From NCBI GenBank assembly GCA_049472335.1, contig JBLIRO010000017.1, positions 1 to 64,000 of the forward strand: a DNA stretch of 64,000 nucleotides, in the 5' to 3' direction. Below are positions 41,721-52,706 of the stretch, one piece after another (the first letter of the stretch is position 1; every line of letters begins with the position of its first letter). The DNA is from a bacterium. GTDB lineage: Bacteria > SZUA-182 > DTGQ01 > JAFGSM01. Made by a program: the position numbers and the translations under genes. The notes beneath the pieces are model-generated. The model made no database searches. It worked only from the letters and a program-made list of their open reading frames with translations, and was not told the origin of the DNA.

Positions 41721-43085
41721 CTAATTATCAAGAAAGTGATTGCCGCAAGGTATTGAAAATCCTTTAAGCCTGTTATATCTCAATGAATTTGGCCTTACGG
41801 GGCATTCTTCGGCAATTTTAAAACCATCGATGTTCCTTTTGTCCCGTAATTCATATAATCTGGGAACCATAATGTCACGTAACTCGGTCAGGCTCATAGG
41901 GTTGATATAAATTTTGGTCCCGCCCTCAAATCCGGCTGGATTATTGACCCGCCATTTGATTAAAATGTGCCAGGGCATTGGTATGACAGCATCCCAAGGA
42001 GTATAATACCATTCTTCATTACATGAAATGGTATTCCCCATAGCCATATGACAGGCATGAACTAGATTGCTGAAACCTCTCAATTCCTCATCTGTATGTT
42101 CATTGGGTCTCAATTGTTCGCTTTTGGAATAAATAACCAGTGTCGGATGCACATGTCCGATGTCTACAAAGGCCATGGCATAATCATTTTCAGCAATGAC
42201 CAGATTATTGTAGCAGGCAAAATTGGCTGCCATATCGTTATAAATATTTGGATTTTTTGTTACCAGATCCAGTTCCCGCTCAACCGATGTACCCCATTCA
42301 TCCAATGCTACCAACTGTTTATGTAAATGATCAAAAGAAGCTCCCGCATCCCGGAGCCAGTTTTGAAAAATGCTCACATATCTTACATAGCGATTTTGAG
42401 CATAAATATCTTTCATTGCTTCTATAGTAAACTTAAGATATTGAAAATGTTCCTCCTGAGTAAGCTCTCCGGAAGAGCATAAATCAGTATCATATTTAGC
42501 ACCGGACTTTAAATGTTTTTTAGCTACAATGACCTCATGGCCACCAGAGAAAAAAGCATCCGACATATTTATTTTTTCCTCGGTGGACTTGGCTTCAATT
42601 TGCTCAGGAGCAAATCCGGAAAGCTTCAATTTTAAATTACTTATCCCTAATAAGTGATTTAAGCCCTCAGCGCTTGATATATATCGCTCTTTCCATTTTT
42701 TATTCACATCAGTCGGTTTATAGTTGTAATTTTTGGCCCAATAATCAGTGGTTACAATTTCAAAAAGGTTAGGAATACGCCGAAACTCGGCTTCCTCGCC
42801 AAAAACCTGGTTTGCGTCCAAGCGGGTAAGTATTTTGTACCCATCTCCGGTTTTAATTAAACGGGCCTTTTCAGGTGGCGTGTTTTTATAATTAGCTGCA
42901 CAGAAATTACAGTATCCTTCCGGATTTTGGATCTCGACTTCTTTCGGATTTGATTTAAAACCGTTATATACGGGTTTATTTTTTCGTCCGGGGATTGCCC
43001 ATACTTCCCTCCCCGTGAAAGGATTAATTTGTTTTTCAGTTCCATCCGGCATCACATGATAAATCATTTTATTTGAACGATACAT
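41721..43085 (-). CDS. DUF4921 family protein (GalT/HIT-like)
   Basis: DGTEKQINPFTGREVW, FQNWL..AGASFDHLHKQ and AGFEGGTKIYIN motifs. Confidence 0.85.
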   Translation of the reverse strand: MYRSNKMIYHVMPDGTEKQINPFTGREVWAIPGRKNKPVYNGFKSNPKEVEIQNPEGYCNFCAANYKNTPPEKARLIKTGDGYKILTRLDANQVFGEEAEFRRIPNLFEIVTTDYWAKNYNYKPTDVNKKWKERYISSAEGLNHLLGISNLKLKLSGFAPEQIEAKSTEEKINMSDAFFSGGHEVIVAKKHLKSGAKYDTDLCSSGELTQEEHFQYLKFTIEAMKDIYAQNRYVRYVSIFQNWLRDAGASFDHLHKQLVALDEWGTSVERELDLVTKNPNIYNDMAANFACYNNLVIAENDYAMAFVDIGHVHPTLVIYSKSEQLRPNEHTDEELRGFSNLVHACHMAMGNTISCNEEWYYTPWDAVIPMPWHILIKWRVNNPAGFEGGTKIYINPMSLTELRDIMVPRLYELRDKRNIDGFKIAEECPVRPNSLRYNRLKGFSIPCGNHFLDN

Positions 43086-43374
43086 ATATTCACCTCTTTA
43101 AAAACATCTTCGCCCGGTTTTCCTTTGTATTCTCCTTAGATTTAAAAAAGACAAAGAGATAATTCTAAATTATTTCAATTTGAGGATCAAACCTTAGAAA
43201 TTATTGTAAGATTTTTAAAGTGAGAAGCAAAACTATGATGAAAAAGCATCCATATGCTATTACTATAATACTATTACTATAAATAATATAAATTTTCAAT
43301 AGATAAAAATTCTGAGCCTATAAAAACTTAAAACGAAATCTCTATTCATGGGAAGCAGTATACTAAGGGCAAAC

Positions 43375-43403
43375 TTGATAAAAATCCTTTTAGGTGATAC
43401 AAT
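43375..43403 (+). promoter_or_regulatory. Sigma70 promoter of the AbrB-Doc operon
   Basis: TTGATA-17-TACAAT with extended TG; tandem ACAATGT over the -10/+1 region (possible operator). Confidence 0.65.
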
Positions 43404-43438
43404 GTAATAACAATGTTTAAATCGGCGGAGATTTCTTT

Positions 43439-43666
43439 ATGATTAAAAAATTGACCAAACACGGCAATAGTCTTGCTCTTGTGTTAGACCGTAGTGTGCT
43501 TGACCTTCTAAAAATAGATGCAGACACACCACTAGAAATTTCTACTGATGGCCAGGTGCTTATAATCTCACCCAAAAGAGATGCGGCACATCAAAAAAAA
43601 TTCGAAGATGCCCTCAAAAAGACAAATCAAAAGTACGGAAACATGCTCAGACGTTTGGCGGATTAG
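43439..43666 (+). CDS. AbrB/MazE-type antitoxin
   Basis: KLTKHGNSLALV motif; precedes a Doc toxin. Confidence 0.9.
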   Translation: MIKKLTKHGNSLALVLDRSVLDLLKIDADTPLEISTDGQVLIISPKRDAAHQKKFEDALKKTNQKYGNMLRRLAD

Positions 43667-43669
43667 TGG

Positions 43670-44083
43670 GTGAATCCTGTTTTCCTCAGCCTTGACGAAA
43701 TTATCAAAATTCATAGGGACCAAATTAATCGCTATGGAGGGATGCCGGGTATCAGGGATATGGGGCTCTTAAAATCAGCCTTAGCCATGCCATCAGCCGG
43801 TTTTGGTGAATGTTACGTGCATAATGATCTTTTTGAGATGGCCGCGGCTTATCTCTTTCATATTATACGTAACCATCCTTTTGTTGATGGAAACAAACGT
43901 ACGGGAACCGTTGCAGCACTTATTTTCCTGGATATTAATGGTATCGAGCTAAATGTAAACGAACAAACTTTCGAAGAGATGGTCATATCAATAACCGAAG
44001 GAAAAGCAAGCAAATCTTCGGTTGCTAATTTTTTTCGAAATAATACTATAAAACAAAAGCCTCCACATTTTAACGCTAACTGA
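43670..44083 (+). CDS. doc: Doc (Fic-family) toxin
   Basis: GIRDMGLLKSA and NHPFVDGNKRTG motifs. Confidence 0.93.
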   Translation: MNPVFLSLDEIIKIHRDQINRYGGMPGIRDMGLLKSALAMPSAGFGECYVHNDLFEMAAAYLFHIIRNHPFVDGNKRTGTVAALIFLDINGIELNVNEQTFEEMVISITEGKASKSSVANFFRNNTIKQKPPHFNAN

Positions 44084-44115
44084 AAGTCATCGATTGGCAT
44101 GTCCCTAATAACATA

Positions 44116-44586
44116 ATGAAAGGCAAATCCGAACAATACCAAATTGACATGGTTATTTACACAATAGGCACATCAAACAGGAATTTAGAAGAGTTTATCG
44201 ATATTTTGAAAACATATGAAATTTCAATATTGCTGGATGTCAGAAGTTTTCCTGAAAGCAGTCGATTTCCCTGGTTTAACAAAGAACATCTTGCCAGTGC
44301 CTTGATAGAACATAAAATCAATTATATCTTTTTAGGGCCTGAACTAGGAGGATACCGTAAAGGTGGCTATGAAGCATACATAAAGACAGAGGATTTTAAA
44401 AAGGGCCTGGATAAAATTGAGAAAATAGTATCAAGTAATAGATCTGTTATTATGTGTGCTGAAAAACTGCCTGAAAGATGCCATAGATGGTTCATTGCGG
44501 AGAGTTTACAGGATAGAGGGTTTAAGGTCTTTCATATCATAGATAAAGACAAGACCTTTTCTTTTTATATTTTCAATAATTATTAG
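44116..44586 (+). CDS. DUF488 family protein
   Basis: IYTIGTS, LLDVRSFP, LGGYR and MCAE..PERCHR motifs. Confidence 0.9.
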   Translation: MKGKSEQYQIDMVIYTIGTSNRNLEEFIDILKTYEISILLDVRSFPESSRFPWFNKEHLASALIEHKINYIFLGPELGGYRKGGYEAYIKTEDFKKGLDKIEKIVSSNRSVIMCAEKLPERCHRWFIAESLQDRGFKVFHIIDKDKTFSFYIFNNY

Positions 44587-44752
44587 AGAGATATATAAAA
44601 GTTGCCGTTTCTGCCGCCTCCTTGATACCCATAGGGCTTCCAGCAACTAATCAATGTTAAAGTCTATATGTAAATGAGATAGTTTGATAAAAAGAATTTA
44701 TTGTGCTCGAATTTAAAACTTTAATTACTATATCAATTTATGGTTAAGAAGA

Positions 44753-45116
44753 TTACTTATTTGAAGTGTACTTTTTTTCTTGGGTTTTTAAATATGCTAT
44801 TGCGCTTACCAATTGAGTAAAGAGCAGCAATAAGCACGCTATAATAGCAATGGAAAAAGTAGCTTGACTAATATATATAATTACACTAAGTAAAAATGTA
44901 TTTAGTATAGCGACTGCATATAACCATCCTGACTGAGAGCTTAAATTGAAATAATCCGATACTAATACCTGCAATTGTTGTATAAAAAGTGATTAAATGT
45001 TTAAAGATATTAACTATTTGTGAATCATAATACCTTATTTGTTCAAAACATTGGTTGAAATCTCTTTCCAGGAAATTAACAGAAGCTGATTGTATGTTAG
45101 GTAAAATTTCATCCAT
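44753..45116 (-). pseudogene. Frameshifted small membrane-protein remnant
   Basis: Two overlapping short ORFs (44886-45116 with GGAGG RBS, and 44753-44974) in very AT-rich DNA. Confidence 0.45.
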
Positions 45117-45609
45117 GGCAAACCTCCAAAATTAAATTATGGAAGTAAATAGACTATAAAAGGATATATAAAATAAAACTAAGAATCATGCAGGGGATAG
45201 ACCACAGTCTGGAGATGTATTATGGTAAAAAGGTTGGATGGATATTCACTTTGTAGGATAAGCTTTAAGAGAAAATACTCATGAACAAAAGAGAAAAAGA
45301 AATTAAAATTGAAACTTTACATAAGATCGGTCGGGAATTTGGCAGTAAGGGACAATTTATAGAATGGATTAAGAAACGAACAGGTATTCAAATTTTAGAA
45401 AGCTTACTGATTTCAAGCTCAATTTTTTAGGGTTTGAATTATAAAAATATTGGCCTCGATAATTTGATCGCGGATTTTGGGGGTCGACATTCGACTTGAC
45501 GCCATGGTCGTTGTATGATATCAGTAAACATCTTTGGTGGCTTTTAATTTGAGGTGATCTTCTTGCATGGATAAAGAAAAAGGGGAGTGTTATCAGTGGC
45601 CTGGGCAAG

Positions 45610-46715
45610 TTGACAGTGAAATTACTGGAAACAGTTTTTAAAGAAGCTTACTTGCCGGCATCTTCTCTGTCAGCAGGTGCTTTAAAGGCCCTTGTGTCGG
45701 AGCAAGAGAATCAAACTTTATCCGTACCAAAGCTCAGTTATCAGCAATGCTCTGAATTGCTTCGTGATTCATACGTGATCGCTAAAAAGCCGATGGTATT
45801 AGTTCTTGACGCGTTTGAACAACTTCCGGATCCCTTTTCCTTACAGACGACTCTATCCCGATTTTTACGATATATCGAAAGTTGGCCACCATTGCACATT
45901 TTAATAGCTATTCGTCATGAGCATTCAGAGGATATTCCGCCGAATGAAATTGGTGCATCGATATGTGTCGATGATCTGAAAAAAGAGTCAGGCATGGTTA
46001 ATGTCTATGAGTTAGGGGCGTTCGGTAAAGAATCGGTAAAGAAGAAGATAGCAGAGAATTGGTCGAGTTCATTCGCAATAATGTGCCGATCTTTCAGAAG
46101 TACGAAACGATTGATGATGAAGAAATTTTAAGTGAAATGCAAGGATATCCAGGAGTACTTCGAAGATGGCTGGACAAGAAGTGCGGCAGCCTGGAAGATT
46201 TGCGTGAAACGGCAAGAGATGCGTTGTTATGCAGATATCCAGAATTTAAAGGTATTTATAAAAAGCTGAAAAAGGAAGAAGCTGATTTGTTTAACGCGGC
46301 ATTGTATTATACGCTTGCTCCTGAATTGAACTCCAATGAACGTTGGGATGAACTAGCACAAACGATCAGTGGTGTAGATCATGAGAGGTCAATCCTGGAA
46401 CTTCAAGAGATGTCAATTCTTAGAGAAGAAAGACCGTATCCATATTTTGGCCCAACAATACGTTATCAGGTTGCACAATATACTGCGGTTGAAAGTTTCA
46501 AGCCTCGCTGCATTATTACTATTAAAAAATGGAGAAGCCATTTAGAATCGAAAAACAATGCCTTTCTTTTTTCAGTGGCCTGGTATGTCTCGGAACTCTT
46601 GGAGACAATAGACCCGGAAGAAAAGCAAAGAAAAATTTCTCGACAGATAGCAATAATCAAGATGCATGAAGATGTGTCACCGTTTGTGTCAAAGGAAATT
46701 GCAAAAATTAGGTAG
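45610..46715 (+). pseudogene. P-loop NTPase (STAND-like) remnant, frameshifted
   Basis: Walker B-like MVLVLDAFEQ and GxP-like QGYPGVL; frame broken by an 11-bp duplication at 46022-46043; no Walker A seen. Confidence 0.55.
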
Positions 46716-46973
46716 GCATGCAATGAAAGAAATTTAGTTGAAGAGTGATCGAAGCTGTTTGCCCCATGACCTGCTCTATTGGATGAGATTAATGAGAAAG
46801 TTGTTAGCCCTGAATACATTTCAACTATTAACATTGCAGATGGTTTTATTTAATCAAGAGTTTATCATTAAACAGGGAGAAAGGATATTAACTCACAAGA
46901 GATATACAACATTCTGAAGAACGGAAGCCCGGAACAGCGAATTCGTCTAGTTCAATCGGCTCCTGAAAATAGC

Positions 46974-49283
46974 ATGAAATCCTCTGCGATGCAACTCGTA
47001 GGGGGCAACAACCTGACTACCGTAGTACTGGGCTTCGCAACTATGGTTACTGAATATTGTTATGGGAGCGAACCTGGATTTGGAGCGACATTGGCAGAGG
47101 CGGTCCATACAATAGCTCTCGAGATATATCAAGAGAGTCCCGATCACGGGAATATTTTCCCTAGTACACTTAGCGGATTGGCGTCCCAATATGTCAATGC
47201 ACTGAACCTGTTGGGAAGATCAGAAGAAGTAATCGAATTCACTAAGGAATTCATACCATTCTACGAACATATCGGTGAGAACGAGAACCTGCCAGCCTTG
47301 AAAACAGCAAGAATTAATGCGTTGCTCAACCTGAAGCAGATAGACAAAGCCGAACAGGAGCTCAAAGACCCCAAGTTGAGGGGTAACTTCGCTACTGATA
47401 TCGAGGTCCGCAGATTGGAAGGAATACTGGCCCAGATCAAAAGAGACATGTTTGGCCTGAAAAATGGAGTTGAGAGTGGCCAGAGCCCTGGTGCTCCGGA
47501 TGGCGAGTATCTTATCGGTATGTTGAAGCAGGCCTTGGGGACTGCCTTTAAGGGCCATCCGCAAAAAGAGGAATTACTGGAAGCTGCGGACAGACTGGAT
47601 CCGTCGAATCGCCTCAACCCGAATACAAAGGCTGGATTCAGTAAACTTGCGGAGTTGTTAAATCAAGGGGAGCGATTTTTGACAGGAATCGGTGCCGAAG
47701 ACAATGAATGGACAGTCAAGGGCAAGATCCGGAACGCGTCTTCCATCTTCGTTTACCGCAAACCGTCGCGTGATGAAATCGAGCAGTCTCTGACCACATT
47801 AGAACAATGCCTAGATTGGGCCATGAGAAACTCCGACGCTGAATTACAAAATGATGCTCTTTGGGGAATATATCTGTGTTATAGCCGTTCCGATCGCCCT
47901 TCTCAGGCCGCTGATGCCTTGTTGCACCTCAAAAAAAACCTGGAGGACCTCCGCAAGGGTATCAAGGACCCACGGAAAAGAGGAGGCATGTTTGCAAGAT
48001 ATCCGCACCTGTTCGATGCCCTGTGTGAAAAACTTCAGATGGCGGAACGTGCGGGAGATCTGTTGGAGTCAATAGAAGCTTCAAAAGGGCGTGGAGTAGC
48101 AGATATCCTCACTCGCAAGGGTGGCAATGTCGTAGCAGATGCCAGTATCTACAGCGCCGTCAAGGACTTACCCAAGATGACTAGTACCTATGGTTTTCAC
48201 TACCTCACATACTATGTCGATGAGGAACGAACTTATGCGGTGCTAGTGAGCAAGAGTGGAAACATCCATCTGACCGAACCTACTTCTATCAATAAGTCAG
48301 CAATTCGTGATGGTGCTCTCAATGTAGATCCGCGCATGTGGGGGGAGCCATCTGAGGAGGACCCTTCGATCATAATTGAGGATGTTCGGGCGTCCCTGGC
48401 GTCCTTGATCAAGTGCCTGGAGACACTAATGGATCAGGGAGTATTACAGGCAGGAGATCATCTCTGTTATTCTGCTGATGACAATTTCCACAATGTTCCA
48501 CTGCACTACCTGATGTTCAAGGGCAAACCACTAATCGATACTTTCTCGGTATCCAGAATCCATAATGCCTTACACCTGCAACATTTACTGGAAAGACCGA
48601 CCACAGCCCCTCCCGAGGAATTTGTATCGCTTACAGTTCCTACACTTCAAAATATTCAAAACAATAATTGGCCTCAAATAAAACATAATCTATGGCGTCC
48701 TGCTAAATGGCTAGAGAAGAACCTGTCCGGCAAGAACTTAGAGAACGAGCAATGCACGAAGGCACAGATTCGGTGTCTGGATTTGACCAATAAGATCGTT
48801 CAGTTTTCTACGCATGGATACTTCCCACAAGAAAAAGAAACGCAAAATCCTTTTAAAAACGCAGGTCTCGTAATATCCAACGGAGAGGGATTGCCGGACG
48901 AACGCGAAATAGTAAGGGAAAATCTGGATACCTTGTTGACTCCAAATAAAGTGCTGGAACTCGGGTTGAAGCTCGACAACAGCCATGTTTCCTTGATGGC
49001 GTGCGTGAGTGGACTGTCTAGGGAGGGAATAGGGGGCGATGCACTAGGCATGGAATGGGCATTCGTACAGGCCGGAGCTGCGAGTCTACTGAGCAGTCAC
49101 TGGATTGTGAGTGTGGAACTAGCTGCTGATTTTTTCGAGCGGTTCTATGACCACTGGATATTGCAAAAGAAGTCCCGTGCTAGAGCCTATTGCAACACAA
49201 TCCAGGATTTACGTGATCAAGGTGGAAAATGGGCATACCCATATTGCTGGGCTGCCTTCAGTCTTGCTGGGGAATGGCGTTAG
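46974..49283 (+). CDS. CHAT-domain (caspase-like) protease with helical/TPR-like N-terminus
   Basis: IEASKGR, HNVPLH, FSTHG (His), LMACVSG (Cys), AGAASLLSSHW and PYCWAAF motifs. The frame is open from 46872. Confidence 0.9.
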   Translation: MKSSAMQLVGGNNLTTVVLGFATMVTEYCYGSEPGFGATLAEAVHTIALEIYQESPDHGNIFPSTLSGLASQYVNALNLLGRSEEVIEFTKEFIPFYEHIGENENLPALKTARINALLNLKQIDKAEQELKDPKLRGNFATDIEVRRLEGILAQIKRDMFGLKNGVESGQSPGAPDGEYLIGMLKQALGTAFKGHPQKEELLEAADRLDPSNRLNPNTKAGFSKLAELLNQGERFLTGIGAEDNEWTVKGKIRNASSIFVYRKPSRDEIEQSLTTLEQCLDWAMRNSDAELQNDALWGIYLCYSRSDRPSQAADALLHLKKNLEDLRKGIKDPRKRGGMFARYPHLFDALCEKLQMAERAGDLLESIEASKGRGVADILTRKGGNVVADASIYSAVKDLPKMTSTYGFHYLTYYVDEERTYAVLVSKSGNIHLTEPTSINKSAIRDGALNVDPRMWGEPSEEDPSIIIEDVRASLASLIKCLETLMDQGVLQAGDHLCYSADDNFHNVPLHYLMFKGKPLIDTFSVSRIHNALHLQHLLERPTTAPPEEFVSLTVPTLQNIQNNNWPQIKHNLWRPAKWLEKNLSGKNLENEQCTKAQIRCLDLTNKIVQFSTHGYFPQEKETQNPFKNAGLVISNGEGLPDEREIVRENLDTLLTPNKVLELGLKLDNSHVSLMACVSGLSREGIGGDALGMEWAFVQAGAASLLSSHWIVSVELAADFFERFYDHWILQKKSRARAYCNTIQDLRDQGGKWAYPYCWAAFSLAGEWR

Positions 49284-49328
49284 CAAGTATACTCAATTTA
49301 AAACAAAAAAAGCGGAAAGGAGTGCGTA

Positions 49329-49811
49329 ATGCAAGAAGCTGTTGCAATTGTCGAGAACCTAACTGATGTTCAGGCCATTTCCCTGTTGAAAAAGCTCTAC
49401 CGCGACCTTTTCAAAACAGTACCTTATCAAGAGATGCTAAAGAGCTTGGCCGATGGCGTTGAGGAAGTGGACTATCTTCAGAATCTGGACGTAAATATGA
49501 AAAAGCAAAACCTTTCGCCTGAAAAATCTGTTGAGGCTACCAAACATGTCCTTCTTACCTTTGCTCAGAATGAGGATTTTGCGCCTTTACTAGTGCAAAT
49601 ATGGGAAGAAATAAAGAACGATGATTCACTTTTCATTGAGGTGATCATCACCGTCGGATTGATCGTTAATCTCACCTTGTTTATGGCCTCGGAGATTGAA
49701 TTGAATGTGGGCGGGCTCACTATCAAGAAGGGTAAGGTGAGTAACGAAAAGTTAAAAACGATAATGGAACCGGTAACAGAGTTGATCAAAAGGATACCAA
49801 CAGGATTTTAA
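49329..49811 (+). CDS. Small CHAT-associated protein with C-terminal hydrophobic helix
   Basis: AAGGAG RBS, 45 bp after the CHAT gene; hydrophobic segment LFIEVIITVGLIVNLTLFMA. Confidence 0.8.
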   Translation: MQEAVAIVENLTDVQAISLLKKLYRDLFKTVPYQEMLKSLADGVEEVDYLQNLDVNMKKQNLSPEKSVEATKHVLLTFAQNEDFAPLLVQIWEEIKNDDSLFIEVIITVGLIVNLTLFMASEIELNVGGLTIKKGKVSNEKLKTIMEPVTELIKRIPTGF

Positions 49812-49929
49812 TACTCCCTTATCCATGATCATTTTACATTTCTATCCCTGGTTGAATTAACACACAATAGAATCTACTTTATCTGGATGAAAATATAGGC
49901 CAAGGATTTATATATTTGGTGTCCTTTCG

Positions 49930-50140
49930 GTAAGTGTGAATGAAAATACGTGAATAGGCTGATATCATTGGTTATCAAAGATAACAGAGGAAGGAGGATA
50001 ACCAATGAACCAAAAAGCCATTCAACCCATAAAAACCACACTAGAAGAAGTCTAGGGTCTATTTAGAATTTGTCGCAAGACCAGAAAAAAGAGGACATCC
50101 ATACCCAGAGATTTGTGGCAAGCCGCAATAGAGTTGACCC
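49930..50140 (+). mobile_element. IS66-like left-end remnant
   Basis: GTAAGTGT start, then RBS and ATG 50005 reading MNQKAIQPIKTTLEEV*GLFRICRKTRKKRTSIPRDLWQAAIEL, resembling an IS66 accessory ORF. Confidence 0.5.
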
Positions 50141-50420
50141 TGTTAGCATTAGTCGCTCGTGATCTTTTACCCTCATTAAAAAACCTGTTTTTATGATCAT
50201 CTCGCCAAGAGAATTATGGGTGTTTTTGGTTAGGATTTTTGTCTTTCATGTATGCCCTGGTGTTAAAAATTTCTTAGACATAACCAAGAAACCTCAAAAA
50301 TGGTTAAATTGGACATAATAAAATCAAGAGGTTATCAGGCAAAAAATTAAACATCTGAATAATTTGTCAGTAAGAAAACCAATACGAAAGAAAAGCAGCA
50401 ACCCCTCTAGATTATTTACT

Positions 50421-50651
50421 AGATTCCATTCACTTCGGCATTTTGGGGCCTCTGTCCTTGATTGAGCGAATGTTAATATTGGAGCTATTCAGCGTATCTT
50501 GGGCCACGAAAACAAATCTATTACTGAGATTTATTTACATTCAATTGATGAAGCAAACCGTGAAGCCATGTGCATATATGAACTTGAATGCGAAAAGTCT
50601 CACACGGATTCTCACACAGGGCAATTGGAAGGATTAGGGAGTATCCCCTAA
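50421..50651 (+). pseudogene. Tyrosine integrase C-terminal remnant
   Basis: Reads RFHSLRHFGASVLD*ANVNIGAIQRILGHENKSITEIYLH, with HxLRH, LGH and catalytic Tyr; TGA at 50463. Confidence 0.85.
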
Positions 50652-50668
50652 CCTATTGAATTTATTGA

Positions 50669-50704
50669 AAGCCGGCGACAGGAATTGAACCTGCACCCTG
50701 CTGA
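50669..50704 (-). repeat. Degenerate tRNA-Thr 3'-half copy (att site)
   Basis: AAGCCGGCGACAGGAATTGAACCTGCACCCTGCTGA, a diverged direct repeat of 52707-52749. Confidence 0.8.
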
Positions 50705-51245
50705 CTGAAATCGCTTTATTTTAAAGAATTTTTTGTTAAATAATTTTTTACTTGCTCAGAATACCTTGATTTTACTTGTACCAGAAGTAGACTGGAAAAA
50801 TAATCTGTAAAATTTTTCAACAAAAATTATTGGATACTTGCCAGTAAAAGATGAATATTCGTTATTGTAACACTGATATGTACTGAAAAATGTGGGAGGA
50901 GAAAGGAAGAGTCATATGTAAATGTTAAGAAACCGACAAGAAAACAGTTATGAACCTTTAAAATATTCAAATCAGGTATTCTTATCATTTGAATGAGGGA
51001 TTTCTGTAAAAATCATTTTTTAAATTCTCTTGTTTACATTATATTCGTAAAATATACGCTGCTTGACAGTTCTCCTTGTGGCACCGGCACTGTAAATTAT
51101 AGGCAAAATTTTTTGATGCCACCTCACTGCAACTAGCCAAGTGGCCGGTCTTCTGGGTGGATTTCGAGTTGGATTGTTATTTCGTAATTGCTAATATCTT
51201 TTAAATATAAGAACTGGGAGGCTACATATTTACTGCCATTTATGC

Positions 51246-51274
51246 TTGACAATAATATATGTACTTTTTATAAT
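51246..51274 (+). promoter_or_regulatory. Consensus sigma70 promoter
   Basis: TTGACA-17-TATAAT upstream of the Phd-PIN pair. Confidence 0.85.
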
Positions 51275-51323
51275 TAATTAAAATTGATTAATATTAATTA
51301 ATACTAAACAATAGGAGAAATGT

Positions 51324-51602
51324 ATGACCATAAAAATAATATCTGCCGTAGAGGCTAGGACTCATTTTGGAGAAATCATGAAAAGATCCCTTAAAGAGGG
51401 TGAACGTTTTATTGTTGAAAAATCCGGAATTCCTATGGTCGTGATTCTCAATGCTAACGAATACGAACGGATTATTCAGGAAAGAGATGAACGTTTCAAA
51501 ATACTTGATCGTATCAAAGCCAAATTGCCCGATATTTCTTCCGAAGAAGTTGAAAAAGATGTCAAAGAAACTATCCTGAAGATCAGGAAAAAACGTGTTT
51601 AA
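51324..51602 (+). CDS. Phd/YefM-family antitoxin
   Basis: ISAVEARTHFGEIM..FIVEKSGIPMVVI motif. Confidence 0.9.
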   Translation: MTIKIISAVEARTHFGEIMKRSLKEGERFIVEKSGIPMVVILNANEYERIIQERDERFKILDRIKAKLPDISSEEVEKDVKETILKIRKKRV

Positions 51603-52035
51603 GGTTGTAATTGATACCAACCAGTTTGTAAGCAGCATTATTACCAAAAAGGGGCCTTCAGCCCAACTCCTTCAAGCATGGCGAAACCACTATTTCATAC
51701 TGATCCTTTCTAAAAATATAATAGGAGAAATAAAAAGGGTATTATATTATCCACACATACAAAAGAAATATAATTTGCAGGAACAAGATATCGAATCCCT
51801 TATTAATTTAATAGAACGTGAGGCTATTATTCTTTCAGATTCAATCAAAATCAAAGTCATTAATGATGATCCGGATGATAATAAATTTCTTGCCTGTGCC
51901 CTTGAAGCAGAAGCGGATTATATTATTTCAGGAGACAAACATCTTCTAAATCTCCATTATTATAAAGATATCCCAATTATAACTGTTAGGGAATTCTTAG
52001 GGATTATTGAATACAGGGACCAAAAATCTTCTTGA
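51595..52035 (+). CDS. PIN-domain toxin
   Basis: VVIDTNQFVS, DPDDNKFLACA and IISGDKHLL motifs; overlaps the antitoxin. Confidence 0.92.
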   Translation: MFKVVIDTNQFVSSIITKKGPSAQLLQAWRNHYFILILSKNIIGEIKRVLYYPHIQKKYNLQEQDIESLINLIEREAIILSDSIKIKVINDDPDDNKFLACALEAEADYIISGDKHLLNLHYYKDIPIITVREFLGIIEYRDQKSS

Positions 52036-52061
52036 CAAAATGGGCGTAAGAGACCAGGATA

Positions 52062-52644
52062 TTGACAGTCGGGTTCGTGACTAGATCCAGAAGGTTTCTC
52101 GATGCCATACCGGATCGAGACTGGCCTATATTTCAATTCATGATGGAATATGGTGTGCGGCCACAAGAGGCAAGGGCACTGCAAAGAGACTGCATAAAAG
52201 ACGGGAAGGTGAAAATTTGTCGGGCGTTTTCTAATAATACGCTCAGAGAAACAACTAAAACCGGAAGCAAAGGCAAACGGAATTTGAGATAACGTCATAT
52301 TTCAAAGAGGTTTTAAAAAACCTGGATTATTCTCCTCTGGTATCTCAATTCGTGTTTACCCGGGGTGATGGGAAACCTTATACAAGTAAAAATCTGAATG
52401 CTATCTGGCATGAGGCGGAGAAGAAATCAGGCATTAAGTGCAAATTATATAATGCGTGCAGGCTTCACTTGGATGCCAGTTGCTGGATCAGGGCACACCT
52501 ATGGATCTGGTGAGTGATGTTTTGGGCCATACAAATGAAAAGATGACCAGGAGATATGCAAAGAGAAGTGTGGCTAAACTGACAGAGGAATTGATGAAAA
52601 GACGGGAAAAGGTCATTAAATTCAAGGCAAAAGATGACAAATGA
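52062..52644 (+). pseudogene. Tyrosine integrase catalytic-domain remnant with frameshifts
   Basis: YGVRPQEARAL, TTKTG, then in other frames LYNACR..LGCQLL..VSDVLGHTNEKMTRRYA. Confidence 0.85.
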
Positions 52645-52706
52645 TTTTCCAGTACAAATCCAGTCTGAACTATTAGAAGCTAACTATCTGATTTAAAAAA
52701 TATAGC

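Noticed and set aside
45480..45508. REP-like palindrome GGGGTCGACATTCGACTTGACGCC
   Set aside because: Single imperfect copy in the window with no adjacent transposase; insufficient support.
49329..49811. Bacterial gasdermin next to the CHAT gene
   Set aside because: Too short and predominantly helical, with no N-terminal Cys or gasdermin beta pattern.
50443..50637. 64-aa ORF in the track
   Set aside because: Wrong frame; the integrase motifs are in the frame starting at 50421.
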